DNA from: Leucoraja ocellata
Taxonomy: Eukaryota
Assembly (NCBI GenBank): GCA_036785375.1
Contig: JAWMAR010000128.1
Span: forward strand, 5,766,001 to 5,830,000
DNA length: 64,000 nt
Reading direction: 5' to 3'
Part shown: in pieces, positions 35,937 through 48,248 of the stretch
How positions within the stretch are numbered: the first letter of the stretch is position 1
Layout: every line of letters begins with the position of its first letter
Translations under genes and position numbers: made by a program
The notes under the pieces: generated by a model
What the model saw: only the letters and a program-made list of their open reading frames with translations
Database searches by the model: none
What the model was told of the DNA's origin: nothing

Positions 35937-36322
35937 TTACACACAAGATTTAAAGCTATCAGTCAGAACAAGTGAGACATTGACCAGGGTGGGTTTGCTG
36001 TGAGATTTATTGATGCTTCTGAATAGACTGGTTGTGATGGAGCTGTGTCCCACAACACAGGAGAAGGTGGTGCCACTGTTCCACTCCTCTGGAGAAACCT
36101 TCAACTGACTGGTCATGGTGTTCCACCCATTCCTGGTGTCCTTGGTCACGGGCTGGTTCACGATCCCTGTCTTCAGAAGGGTGTCCTTGGCCATCCAGGC
36201 CACATAGATGTCTGCAGGAGAGAATCTGGTGACCAGGCACGTCAAGGTGGCTGTCTCATCCGTCTCCACCTCATCCAATGAAGGGGGGAGGAGGTAGACT
36301 TGAGGACGTCTCTCAACTCCAT
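35937..36322 (-). CDS. IgW: IgW C6 exon with long-form secretory tailpiece
   Basis: ccag|..GVERRPQVYLLPPSLDE...TLTCLVTRFSPADIYVAW...WNSGTTFSCVVGH...KPTLVNVSLVLTDSFKSCV*. IgM-like tailpiece with NVS and a penultimate Cys. AATAAA at 35664-35669. Confidence 0.93.
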
Positions 36323-36515
36323 CTGGGAACAGAGAGATCCTGAGTTAGACTGAATCTGTCGGTAATTCTGTACTTACCCAATACATTCCAATCTTATACC
36401 GACATGGACAACGTTTACATCCTGAGGGACCTCAGTTCACCTGAAACTGAAGGCTTTCCCTTTCTGCTCATTGTAGGGATGTGTGGAATAGAAATAATGC
36501 TCTGGTGCATTTTAC

Positions 36516-36805
36516 AGGGCGGCATGGTGGCCCAGCGGTAGAATTGCTGCCTTACAATGTGAGAGACATGAGTTTGATCCCGACTATGGGGCTGTCTGTA
36601 TGGAGTTTGTACGTGACCGTGTGGGTTTTCTCCGGGTGCTCCGGTTTCCTCCAAAAACGTACGTTTGTAGGCTAACTGGCTTGGTTTAATTGTTGTTGTC
36701 CTTGGTGTGTGCTAGGTAGTGTTAGTGTGCTGGGATCGCTGGTCGGCCCAGACTTGGTGGGCTGAAGGGCCTGTTACTGCGCTGTATCTCTAAACTAAAC
36801 TGAAC
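36516..36805 (+). mobile_element. tRNA-derived V-SINE (HE1-like)
   Basis: gggcggcatggtggcccagcgg head, gggttttctccgggtgctccggtttcctcc V-domain, and taaactaaactgaac tail. Confidence 0.75.
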
Positions 36806-37423
36806 TATAGCTTCTAGCGAGTTTAAATTGGTTAGTTAATCAACAGGAACTGCTGAATGCTGAGACTCTACAGAGAGTGGAATTCAGTCCTTGGACCTGC
36901 CTTGTCCTGCGCTGTCTGTTCCATCTCCCATTCTGCTCAAATGATCTGCTGGTCTTTGCCTCAACTCCCTGCCCTTCCAGTCCTGACTCAGTCTGAGAGA
37001 AACTATTAAATTCTTAACCGGATTGGACAGGTGAGGCAGAGGAAGAATGTTTCAGATATTGGGGAATCCAGACCAGGAGATGACAGTCTGAGGTGAAGGT
37101 GTGTAGGTGTGAGAGAGGTAGAAAAGCCTTCACACAGACAGTGGTGAACCTGGGCATTCTCTGCCCCAGACAGCACTGAAGCCCAATTATTAAATATATG
37201 CAAGAATGAGTTGGATCCAGTTCTTAGGGTAAAGGGATCAAGGGATATGGAGAGAATGCAGGAAGTGAGTACTGAATATGGATGATCAGCCGTGCTCATA
37301 TTGAATGTCCGTGCAGGATTGAAGGGCTGAATGGCCTGCTCCTGCAATTATTTTCTATGCTGGATGTGATAAGTCTGTACATTTGCTCAGATCAGACTCA
37401 CACCAACCTCTGTCCACACGTAC

Positions 37424-37744
37424 CTGTCGGCTTCTCCAAGGATCTCCTCTCCGGTGTTGGCAAACTCTTGTCCTCCACCACACAGGTGTACAGAGCCCCA
37501 CTCTCCCACTCTGCAGCGGGGACCGTCAGTCCGCTGGTGATGGTGTCTGTACCTCCGGTCCTCTCTACACCACGAGTTGTCACCCCGTCTTCTCTCTTCA
37601 TTCCATTCACTTGCCAGGTTACCCTGAATCCCTCTAAATCACCGTGAACCACCTTACACTGAATGGTGGCTGTCTTGTTGATCCAGATCTCTTCGAAGGA
37701 AGGTTTGCTTAAAGTGACCGAGGGGCGGGTATCTGAACATTCAT
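37424..37744 (-). CDS. IgW: IgW C5 exon
   Basis: ccag|..ECSDTRPSVTLSKPSFEEIWINKTATIQCKV...VTWQV...EWESGALYTCVVED...EKPT|gtacg. Confidence 0.92.
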
Positions 37745-38589
37745 CTGGGAGAAATCACAATTATTATGTCATCGTTCCCTGATGGAGCAGCTTGCCACTC
37801 AAACATTTTGTGCTCATCTGCACCGAATGATATGCCGGTCCCATCAACATCAGTGAGATTTATCTACATTGGTGTAGGAATGAAGCTTCCTATTGATCAC
37901 ACAAGGAAACCCTGCTAAACAATGTGAATTAACAAGTTGACTTTTACATTATTTGACAGTTTTGTGATCACTGAACCTGTTATCAGCTATTTACTGAATC
38001 AAATGTATAAAATTCCCTCTGGAGAGGCAAATCGAGCTAATGTTCGAGGTCAAAATGTTCAGTTTAGTTTAGTTTATTGTCACGTGTACTGAGGTACAGT
38101 GAAAAGCTTTTGTTGCGTGCTAACCAGTCAGCGGAAAGTTCTTCACTTTATATTATAAAATAGGAGCAGCGGCAATATTTTATTTAGTCGTGAGTGGTCC
38201 GGAGTGGGGTGAAGAAGGGTCTCGTCCCCAAACCTCACCTCCCCATGTCCTCCAGGGATGCTGCCTGACCTGCTGAGTTCCTCCAGCACTTTGTGTCCTT
38301 TCATTTAGTCACAACTGTTTGAATGCAGTTTGTATCCATGAGGTGTAACTAAACTGTCCTGCTGCTTTGTCAGAATGTTGTGTGTTGCAGCCGGCCTGTT
38401 CCAGAGGCTGCTACACATTGCCCAGACTGACTGTTGCCACGCTGGGGCGGGGAGAGAGCTGCTCTGCTGGACACTGTGACAGCTGAGGCACCCACTGCCA
38501 TTAAGTACAAAGGCAGAGGAAAAGACCATTTTGAAGAACAGTATTGTAGATCTCCATTGTGTCTGGCCTGTCGACTGGCTTGGATTGCC

Positions 38590-40072
38590 CTCAAGTTACT
38601 AAAACAATGTCAAAGATGGACAACTATCCCTGGTCTTCGCTGACATTTTCAATCTGTCACTGGCCCAGGGTGTCGTCCCTACTTGCCCCAAAACCTCAAC
38701 CATCGTGCCAGTGCCCAAACAGTCAGCTTCAGGGAGTCTACATGACTTTCACCCAGTGGCACTCACCCCCGTCATCGCGAAGTGCTTTGAGAGACTGATA
38801 CTGGCTCACCTCAAATCCAGCCTCCCTCCCACACTGGACCCCCATCAGTTTGCCTTTCGGCATAATCGGTCAACAGGGGATGCCATATCTGCGGCCCTAC
38901 ACTCTGCCCTGACCCACCTGGACAATAACAACTCCAACATCAGGTTGTTGTTCATCGACTTCAGCTCTGCATTTAACACTGTCATCCCCGCCAGCTTGAT
39001 CACCAAACTCAGCAGACTTGGCATCTCCACCTCCCTCTGCAACTGGACACTGGATTTCCTCACCAACAGACCCCAGTCTGTTAGGATCAACAACTTCACC
39101 TCCTCCACTCTGACACTGAACACCGGCGTGCCTCAGGGCTGTGTGCTCAGCCCTCTCCTCTACTCCCTCTTCACCCATGACTGTGTCCCTATGTATGGCT
39201 CCAACGCCATCGTTAAATTTGCGGACGACACCACGGTGGTAGGGCTGATCAGGGACAATAACAAATCAGCCTACAGGGAGGAGGTCCAGCACCTGGCAGC
39301 TTGGTGTACCAATAACAACCTCGTCCTCAACTCAAAGAAGACGAAGAAAATCATCGTAGACTTCCGGAAGACCAGAGGTGGCAGACATACCCCCATCCAC
39401 ATAAATGGGACTGAGGTGGAGCGCGTCTCCAACTACAAATTCCTCGGGGTACACATCTCAGAGGATCTGTCCTGGTCCCTCAACACCACTAAACTGATTA
39501 AAAAGGCGCAGCAGCGCCTCTACTATCTGAGGAGGCTTAAGAAAGTTCACCTGTCCCCCCAGATCCTGTCCAACTTCTACCGCTGTACCATAGAAAGCAT
39601 CCTGACCACCTGCTTCACGGTATGGTACAGCAGCTGCACCACAGCTGACAGGAAGGCACTGCAACGGGTGGCATCATCGGTGCCCCGCTCCCTGCCATGG
39701 CTGCCCTCGTCCGCACACGGTGTCTGAGACGGGCTGGGAAAATCATTAAGGACCCCTCACACACCAACCATGGACTGTTTGCCCTCCTCCCATCAGGGAG
39801 GCTGTACAGGAGCCTCGGGTCTCGCACCAGCAGGCTGAGGAACAGTTTCTTCCAAAATACCATTACCCTGCTGAACTCAACAGCTAGCTATCTTTTATCT
39901 GTATATATTTATTTGCCTATGTCCTAGATTAATTTACCCACATTGTACATATTGTTTTAACCAGTATTTTTACTACTTTGCACTCTGATTCGATGCTAAA
40001 CTGCATTTTGTTGTACCTGTACTCGTATTTGTGCAATGACAATAAAGTTGAATCTAATCTAATCTAATCTAA
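38590..40072 (+). mobile_element. Rex1/Babar-like LINE (RT domain and 3' end) in the C4-C5 intron
   Basis: [48 protein letters not shown] and [12 protein letters not shown], then AATAAA and an (AATCT)n tail. Other fragments lie at ~29800-30090 (-), 33805-34330 (+) and 47770-48212 (+). Confidence 0.88.
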
Positions 40073-40198
40073 AAGATACAATTATTTCTGTGGCCAGACT
40101 CACTGACAAGCCCACAACAGGACTACACAGTGTTACAGTGCTGCCCATGGGTGGCACAGTTTACAATGTGGAGAATGGAGTGAATCCCAGGAGCCTAC

Positions 40199-40516
40199 CT
40201 TGGATGTTCTTCACATCCTTTGTGATGATGGTGTTGGAGGCGCGATGATGCACTGTACAATTGAAGTGTGAGCCTGACTTCCAATCCTCTGTGTTCATGG
40301 TCAGGAAGTGGCTGGCACTGAAAGTGCCCCCCTGCTCCAGAGCAGTTGGTGCAACGCTGGTGTTGTTGGAGATCAGGGCACCGTCTTTACTCCAAGTGAC
40401 GTTGATGAGGTCTGGGTAGAATCCGGAGACCACACACTCGAGGGTGACCTTGTGGCTACGCTTGGTCTCTGCGTGTGCTGGAAGCAGCAGTCTGACTTCA
40501 GGTTTTTTTGGCTCAA
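40199..40516 (-). CDS. IgW: IgW C4 exon
   Basis: ccag|..EPKKPEVRLLLPAH...LECVVSGFYPDLINVTW...WKSGSHFNCTVHH...KNIQ|gtagg. Confidence 0.92.
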
Positions 40517-41057
40517 CTGGAACAGAGGAAAATAAATGTTAAACTCTATCATAGAGTCATAGAGTGATACAGTGTGGAAACAGGCCCTCCAGCCCAACTT
40601 GCCCACCCCGGCCAACATGTCCCAGTTACACTAGTCTCACCTGCCGTGTTTGGTCCATATCCCTCCAAACCTGTCTTATCCATGTACCTGTCTGTTTTTT
40701 TAATGTTAGGATAGTCCCTGCCTCAACTACCCCCTCTGGCAGCTTGTTTCATACATCCACCACCCTTTGCGTGGAAAAGTTACCCCTCAGATTCTTATTC
40801 AATCTTTTCCCCTTCACCTTAAACCTATGTCCTCTGGTCCTCAATTCACCTACTCTGTGCATCTATCCAATCTATTTCTCTCATGATTTTATACACCTCA
40901 ATAAGATATTCCCTCATCCTCCTACGCTCCAAGGAATAGAGTGCCAGCCCACTCAACCTCTCCCTATAGCTCTCTAGCCCTGGCAACATGCTTGTAAATC
41001 CTCTCTGTACCCTCTCTCTCTCTGTCACGGCCATTTAATCACTGATCTGTTGCCCAC

Positions 41058-41360
41058 CTTTGTTATGGTTGGTCCGCACTGACACTGGTGAGGATGATGG
41101 AGATCGTTGGGCCAAGCACACAAACTCCACCCCGCTGGTCCACTCCTCGACGCTGGTCCGGAGTTCACTGATCACTGCGTTTCGGGTGCCTTCATGGCTC
41201 GGTGTACGGGTCACAACTCCTTCACTTCTCTCCTTTCCTCCCACCTTCCAGGTGAGATGGACCTGGCTCAGATCACTACAGATCACTGAACACACCAGCG
41301 TAGCAGTCTTGTTGATCCAAATCTCTTTCATGCCAGGATTTTGAATGAAGACGGACAATT
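41058..41360 (-). CDS. IgW: IgW C3 exon
   Basis: cacag|..LSVFIQNPGMKEIWINKTATLVCSV...LTWKV...EEWTSGVEFVCLAQ...NHNK|gtggg. Confidence 0.92.
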
Positions 41361-43810
41361 CTGTGGATCAGAAATGGAAAAGTTCAGAATTTTAGTTGAG
41401 ACTCATCTGTTACTAAAGGGCCTGTCCCACTTACGCAACTTTTTCGGCGACTGCCGGCACCTGTCGTAGGTTGTTGCAGGTCGCATTGGACGACTACTCA
41501 TGACCATACAGGCTTCACCCCATGACATGTCGTCAGGGTGTCACCTGTATGGTCGTGAGTCGTCTCCTCAGTCGCCCAAAGAGTATTTCTGGTCGCCGCT
41601 GAATTTTCAACATGTTGAACATTTTCGGCGACCTGCTGTGACTATGGCGGGTGCTGGCAGTGGCCAAAATAGTCGCGTAAGTGGCTCAGCCTCTTTATGG
41701 AAAGCCAGGGCAGAAATCCAAACAGGTGTCTTATAAAAGAACCTTAACATGTTTATGTCATCACATAAAAGACTGATCAATGGCAGATCAAAGATACACT
41801 GGCTAGATTTATTGCAAACAGAATAGCAGAAATACTCATGTTAAATAGCAGGTTGGGTGTTTTGACTGAAGAAACAGAACAAAGGAACCGTCAACTGGGA
41901 TTTGACTCTCTTTCCCATCACCATGATCAGCTGGTACATTAAAGGGGCACAATTTGATATGTGCTTTGCTTGGAACCCCTGGAGCATCGATTAGTAGTAC
42001 TGAGCAACTTTTCTCCCTGTGGGGCCAAGCCTGGGATTCCCTCAGTTTAAAAATGTCACATGCTGATATGGCAGTCTTACTCTGACCATGTGTCTCACCA
42101 TCACTGAAACCTTCACCACAAACACAACCTTCAGTAAAGGTGGCATTCTTCCCACTCTGGGCACTCGTAAGCCCGCACACCTTTCCCCTTTGTACCACTT
42201 GCTGTGTCACGTTGCAGAGTGACGGTAAATGTCAATCCAGAAGTCTGGTGACATGAGCTCAAAATTCCAACCCATGATCTGGGAATTTGAATTCTATTAA
42301 TAAATGCATTCTGACGTAAAACGCTTCCGTTGGTGGTGACGCATGTCGATAGTTCACTTCTGCACATCACGGAAGGGAATGTGTCATCATATCTGTTCTG
42401 GCCAGTCGCAACTCCACACCTGTAGCAAAATGGCTACAGACTAGTGTCAGTTTAGTGTGACTTGTGCTCCAGTGAAGACTTTGAGGCGTCTCAGTAATTG
42501 ATAGAAACTATCTGAAATAAATTAGTGACTGACTCTCCAGCGACAGCAGAGCCAATCATAAATGGTTAGAAGTATCAAGGTCCCCCTCCTGCTGCAGATT
42601 GGGATGAAATTCTGCATTAGATGTATTTTTCCGTTTCAGAATCATTGGGCGAGGAAGAGAATGATTTATTCATTCATTGCCCCTGACTGACCTGCACTGC
42701 CACTTGTCTTCTGAAGCAGCGTCATGAGTCTAGTTCCACTCAGCTCACTCTTGTGTGTGCACTGTTTACACACTCAGTCACTTGGGCCACATGAGCTGTT
42801 TTTGCTCTCAAACAGTTATTGTGGAGGGTGATTACATTTGTGTCAGAATTGAAACTTTCAGTGAGCCTGGAGGTCAAAGCCTTCAGCTGCGTAGAACGCA
42901 GAGATCATACACTGTGTCTGTCTGACAGGAGACATAACATTTGTCAATGTACAATGTTGTCTATTTCACAACCCCTCCTTCATTAAGCAAAATGGTGAGC
43001 AAATTCCTTTCAAAAATAGTTATGTGCGTGATATTAGTGTGGATGACAGTTGTTGCAGTGTCATCGGAAATTTGTAAGCCTAGTGTAACAGGGTACATTG
43101 TTCTTGCTTTGTGAATCTTGTTTTAATCAGCAATGTGATATTGTTATACATATGTGTTTGCAAGATGCCCAATCCCGTCCCATATCAGTGACAATCGTGT
43201 AGTTCCACTAGTTGGGGGGAAATCGCTTCATATGAAACCTGGCAGAGTATGGATACTCTCCATGCTGTCAAATATTGGTATCTTCCACAAGAGACGTTTT
43301 GTATTGCTTATCCTTGGATGATTATAACCAAACACGTCCATTCCTTGCAACATTCCTTGCATTCCCTCAGTTTCTCCTTTGGACTGAGGTCTGTGTCCGG
43401 GAGGTGGGTTAATAAATCTGTGGCAATTTGTGCTAACCACAGTTTTCACCCAAAGCCAGTATTGGACAGGAGACCAGTTAGAGCCCTGGATCTTGCCTCA
43501 CCAGTTTGCCTTTATTAAAGGGTCACCCAATTTTTTTTCTGAGCCACTTTCACCTTAAACATCTCTGGGTGGTTCTTGCTGACTAGAGTCCGAGCATGAA
43601 GAAATCTGGCCAGTGGCACTGGAATGTGAAGCAGAAATGTCTGCAAATGAATGAGTATACAGGCAACGAGTGGAGGGGAGAGGAAGGCAGCTTGAATTGG
43701 GTATCTTCCCCCCACTCTGGTACACTTTGATCCCAATGGATACCAGAGGTTGGATTTGAATCTTATAAATGGGTTGTAATAATAGAATGACAAATTCCAT
43801 ACGCAGTCAA

Positions 43811-43938
43811 TTACTTTATTTCACACTTTCCTGCCCAACAATGATACTGCCGGGTAGAACCATCTGAGAATGTCACATTGATATTATTCTGGTAGATGAA
43901 CTTTGGCAGGCACTTCGAACAGCCGGGACATTCTCCAC
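43811..43938 (-). CDS. IgW: IgW short-form cysteine-rich secretory tail exon
   Basis: tttccag|..GECPGCSKCLPKFIYQNNINVTFSDGSTRQYHCWAGKCEIK* (42 aa, 5 Cys). Phase 1, compatible with C2. AATAAA at 43511-43516. Confidence 0.88.
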
Positions 43939-44545
43939 CTGGAAATGGAAGATTCATTGGTTTAAATGTGAAGAGATTTTCACCACCTGTGTTGAGGAAA
44001 CAGGAGATCCACATATTCCCAGTCTGTGTCCTCAGTATTCATCAGCATGAGATTATGCCGACCACGATAAACTGCTTCACTTTGTCCAGGATCAGACAAC
44101 ACTTTAAAGATGGTGGAGATGAGTTCAAAAATAATCCAGGGCACCGACATGTCAGTGAAAGGAAAATCTACAGAACAGACTCTCAGGAAACAGTGGAAAA
44201 AGATGGATTTGGAGAAACTAACACAAAGAAGACAGTGAGAAGGGAAGTGAGATTTTCTCCAGATAGGATGGGATCTGTGGTTTTTTCACTGTCCCATTTT
44301 TCTTACCACTGCACACACGGGCAACTAGACTAGAGGAGTGAGAGTAAACACACTGGTGACCTTCCTCTCTACATGTCCTGTAGAACGAGTTAGAATTACT
44401 GATGGAAAGCATTGGTTTAAATTGCAAAAAAGCCAAATCTGAAGATAATACATTGCTCAACAGGACTGATCTCAGGGACAGGAATTTAGTGGAAATGTCA
44501 GTCAGTTTGTTTAATACTGTAAGTAAATTAACAGACACCACTCAC

Positions 44546-44845
44546 CCTCTTGATATCTCATGTTGATCCTGTCGCTGAAGCCGGAAGGTGCGTGAGTCAC
44601 TTCACAAGTATATTCCTGTTTGTTGGTCCATTCCTCCACACGCAACCGCAGGTAAGCAACTGTTTCAAATCTACCGTTAGTTCCCGGAGTGGACGGGAGA
44701 ACGACGCCCGCTTGATTAAGTCCAGATTTTTTCCAGTAAACTTTAATATTGTTAGGAAAGAATCCGGATATCATGCAGCCCAGGGCAGCAGTTGTTTGAT
44801 TGTGGAGAACCTCCGCGGATGGAACAAGGGGGATGAGCTGTGGAG
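44546..44845 (-). CDS. IgW: IgW C2 exon
   Basis: tacag|..PQLIPLVPSAEVLHNQTTAALGCMISGFFPNNIKVYW...EEWTNKQEYTCEVTH...RYQE|gtgag. Confidence 0.93.
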
Positions 44846-45785
44846 CTGTAACATATTTAATATCTGTTATTACATGATTCCTTCAGCCACAGTGTAGGAT
44901 TCCACTCTCCCAACATCTGGGACAAGAGCCCCAGTATCTGCCCTCCCCACAATGCTGGTGAAATGCCGGTGATGTGTTGATACGGTGGGTCCCACAGTCA
45001 GATGCTGGTCAGAGCTGGGATTGGGAGGCTGGGTTAGAACCCAGGCCTCCCCAGCAGTGTGGTCCACTTTGCAGTGGTAAGGGTGCAGGTGGGTAAGTGG
45101 CGTACAGACCATCCGTGATCTCAGTGTGTGCTGGAGCAGACACAGGAACAGCATGGCCATCACCAGTTCCAGTGAGCAGGAACAGATGTGACAACTGTTT
45201 CCACTGGCAGGAGGTTTGGGAATCACAACTTTAAGCTGTCATCACCTCTACGTTGTCTGTAACTCATTTTAATCTAGCCCACAGCTAACAATGGCCCGTT
45301 TCCTTTATCAGCATTACTTTTTTGCATATCTTTCGTTCATTAGTTCTATATCTCTCTATATCACCATCTATATCTCTCTATTCCCTTTCACCGACTCTCA
45401 GTCTGAAGAAAGGTCTCATCCCGAAACGTCACCTACTCCTTTTCTCCAGAGATGCTGTCTGACCCGCTGAGTTACTCCAGCTGTCTATCTTCGCTTTAAA
45501 CCAGCATCTGCAGTTCCTTCCTACACAACTTTAAGTTCAATGGGAAAGGAGGTCAGATGAACAAGAGAAACTTATTTTGTTATGTGGCAGCAATGATTTG
45601 ATCAGAACTGGAACGCAGTGGTTAAAAGTGTGAGTGGAAGCAGATTCATGTCATTTCCACAAGGAGACTGGATTTCACTTGGTGAGGGGTCGGCTGCAGG
45701 GTTGAGAGGAAAGTGCAGGAAGAGTGAGGAAGGTTTAAATCTCCACACTGTGCACGGGCACAATAGGTGTGGCTCTCTGCACAGT

Positions 45786-46712
45786 TATTTAGCGAATGCA
45801 AAGTCCTTTAGCCAAGCAGTTGCCTCTTGATCTGCTGTATGAAGGGTGACAAGTCCTCCTTTGAGTCTTTGTTGAGGGCATGCTTCAATGATGTGTTGCA
45901 TTGTTTGCTGCTCTTCACAAGCACACCGTGGGGTTGGACTGCTGCCCCATTTGTGAAGGCTGGCCAAGCAGGGGCCATGTCCAGTCCTGAATCTATTCAG
46001 CGTTGTGCACTGCTTCCTTGGGAGATTGGTGCCAGGGACCGGTAGGGTGGGGTCTGACACCAGATGTTTATTTGGGACATCCTTTTTCCAAGCTGATTGG
46101 ATGGTGAAATCAGCTGGTGGTAGGTTCTTCCAAATTGGTTGTCTAGATGGAAGTCGAGCAGTGGGTGGGTTGAAGATGTCCATGTGAATTGGCAGGTGAG
46201 GGGAGTTTTTGGTCTTTTGGAGCATCCTTTGAGTGAGGACTACTCGCCGGATGTGTGGAGGGGCTATGTTGGATAGGACAGGGAGCCAGGGGAGTGGTGT
46301 TGAGCAGATTGTTCCTGTGATGATCCTCATTGTTGAGTTCAGTTGAGTGTCCACATGGTGTGTGTGGGATGACCTGAACCAAACAGGGGCACAATATTCG
46401 GCTGAAGAAAATGCAAGGGCTAGTGCTGAAATGCGCAGTGTGGGGGCTGCTGCCCCCCACTTTGAGCCAGCAAGCTTACTGAGGAGATTGTTTCTGGACT
46501 TCACCTTAGCTGTTCTCTTGAGATGTTCCTTGAAGGATAGGGTCCTGTCAAGGGTCACTCCGAGGTAGGTTGGAGTGGGGGCATACTTCAGTTTGGTCCT
46601 GCTCAGATAGATGTTTGGTTCTCTTGTGGCTTCTGCATTATGGAGGTGGAACACACTGGAGACCGTTTTTTCTGGGCTTGGTTTTTAGGCGCCAGGTTTT
46701 TTGTGCATTGTG
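45786..46712 (-). mobile_element. 5'-truncated Vingi (Ingi-related) non-LTR retrotransposon in the C1-C2 intron
   Basis: 289-aa open frame: YLGVTLDRTL, RNNLLSKLAGSKWGA, SALALAFSSAEYCAPVW, LNRFRTGHG and a CAC...QTMQHIIEAC zinc finger, with no RNase H. Perfect 8-bp TSD TGCACAGT (45778-45785 and 46713-46720). Confidence 0.8.
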
Positions 46713-47016
46713 TGCACAGTAGCTGATCTGGAGGGAGGTGTTTGGGGTGGTAGAGAGCTGCAGAAATTAGACAAAGCAGTGGATAGAATGGAGGCAGATC
46801 AAGACGAGATGGTTCCTCCGTGAATCCCCCCCCCCCACCATTATCTCCTTCCACATAAATTCTCACTGTCTTTTTCCTTGAGCAGCAGCACTCTGGCTGA
46901 CAGGAGGAGAATGAATGAGCAACATAATTAATTCACTTCCTCCTACATTGTTCGACAAAGTCTTCCACTTCAGTTCTATCGTCTGCTTTAAATAGACAAC
47001 AAAATCTCATACTAAC

Positions 47017-47325
47017 CTTGAGGCTTCTGGATCTCCGTTTTCACCATGTTGTCCGGCTTGTATCCTGCCTTGCAGTAGTAGACGGTTTTCCTGTTCCAAG
47101 CTGCCACAGGGACTCGCAGCAAGCTGCTCATTGTGTACTTGTTGTTTTGTCCCAACACTGGTGGGTACTTTGTGATTCCAGTGGTGATGTCCCCACTGCT
47201 GGTGGACCATGTCTGACTGATGATCTCTGGCTGGTAGTCCTTGACCAGACAGAGGATGCTGATCTCTTGCTCAGATTCTGTGTTGCAGGGAGAGGTGATA
47301 TGGACTGAAGGCAAGGCCTCATCCT
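47017..47325 (-). CDS. IgW: IgW C1 exon
   Basis: tttcag|..DEALPSVHITSPCNTE...ILCLVKDYQPEIISQTW...YTMSSLL...VYYCKAG...QKPQ|gttag. The extra N-terminal Cys is suited to light-chain pairing. Confidence 0.93.
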
Positions 47326-48248
47326 CTGAAATGTAAATAAATTAACAGTTGGTTCTGTAGTAAATGGATTATTACCAGCGCCTTGTAACAGGTTCATGCT
47401 GATTGCTGAGTAAATGAAGGTGATTCAGGCTGAGAGAAGGCCAGGCAGAGCAAAGAAATGGTTTATTTCCTAATCCCTTTCACACCGTGCATGACCAAGC
47501 AGTGAAATGCTGATCTCACACCGGCCACTGTGGAGGCAACCTCTGCCAACCAGAGGGACAAATCGGCCTGTACTGTGGGTGATGTGTCCCAGGTCAGGAA
47601 ACACACGGTACGGTGCCAGATGGACCATATCCACAACCACCGGGCCAAATGGTGCTGGATCTGGCCTGTTGTGGAACTTCCTCAATGCTGGGGCCCGGGG
47701 AGTGTTGTACAACTAAGGGATCTTGGGGTACATGTACACAGATCCCAGGAAGCGTTGTCGCAGGTAAATAGGTTGCTGTCCTTTTATCGGTGCTCCATTG
47801 AGAGCATCCTAACATACTGTGTATGTGTATGGTACACCAGCTGCACAGCGGCTCTGAGGAAAGCGCTCCAGAGGGCCATTGACAACGCCCAGAGGATTGT
47901 CGGCTGTCCTCTCCTTACCTTGGACGACTTACACAGTTCCCGCTGCATCAAAAAATCCCAGAGTATCATAAAGGACATACTAAGGGACTGTGGTACACTG
48001 TGAAATCGACAGAAGGATGTAGGGTTGGGTGTTTATGCGTGCTATTTTCATGATATTTATTTTAGTTGTTTATCTTTTTTTAATATTTTACCTTGTATGT
48101 ATCGTTAGCTTTTAGAAATGTTTGAATGGTGCACTGACTGGCTGACATTTTTAAATTTCGTTGTACATGGTTCATGTTACAATGACAATAAAGAAACTAT
48201 TCTATATTCTACTCTAAAAAAAGCTCTTCATGAGTCAGGGAATTGATG

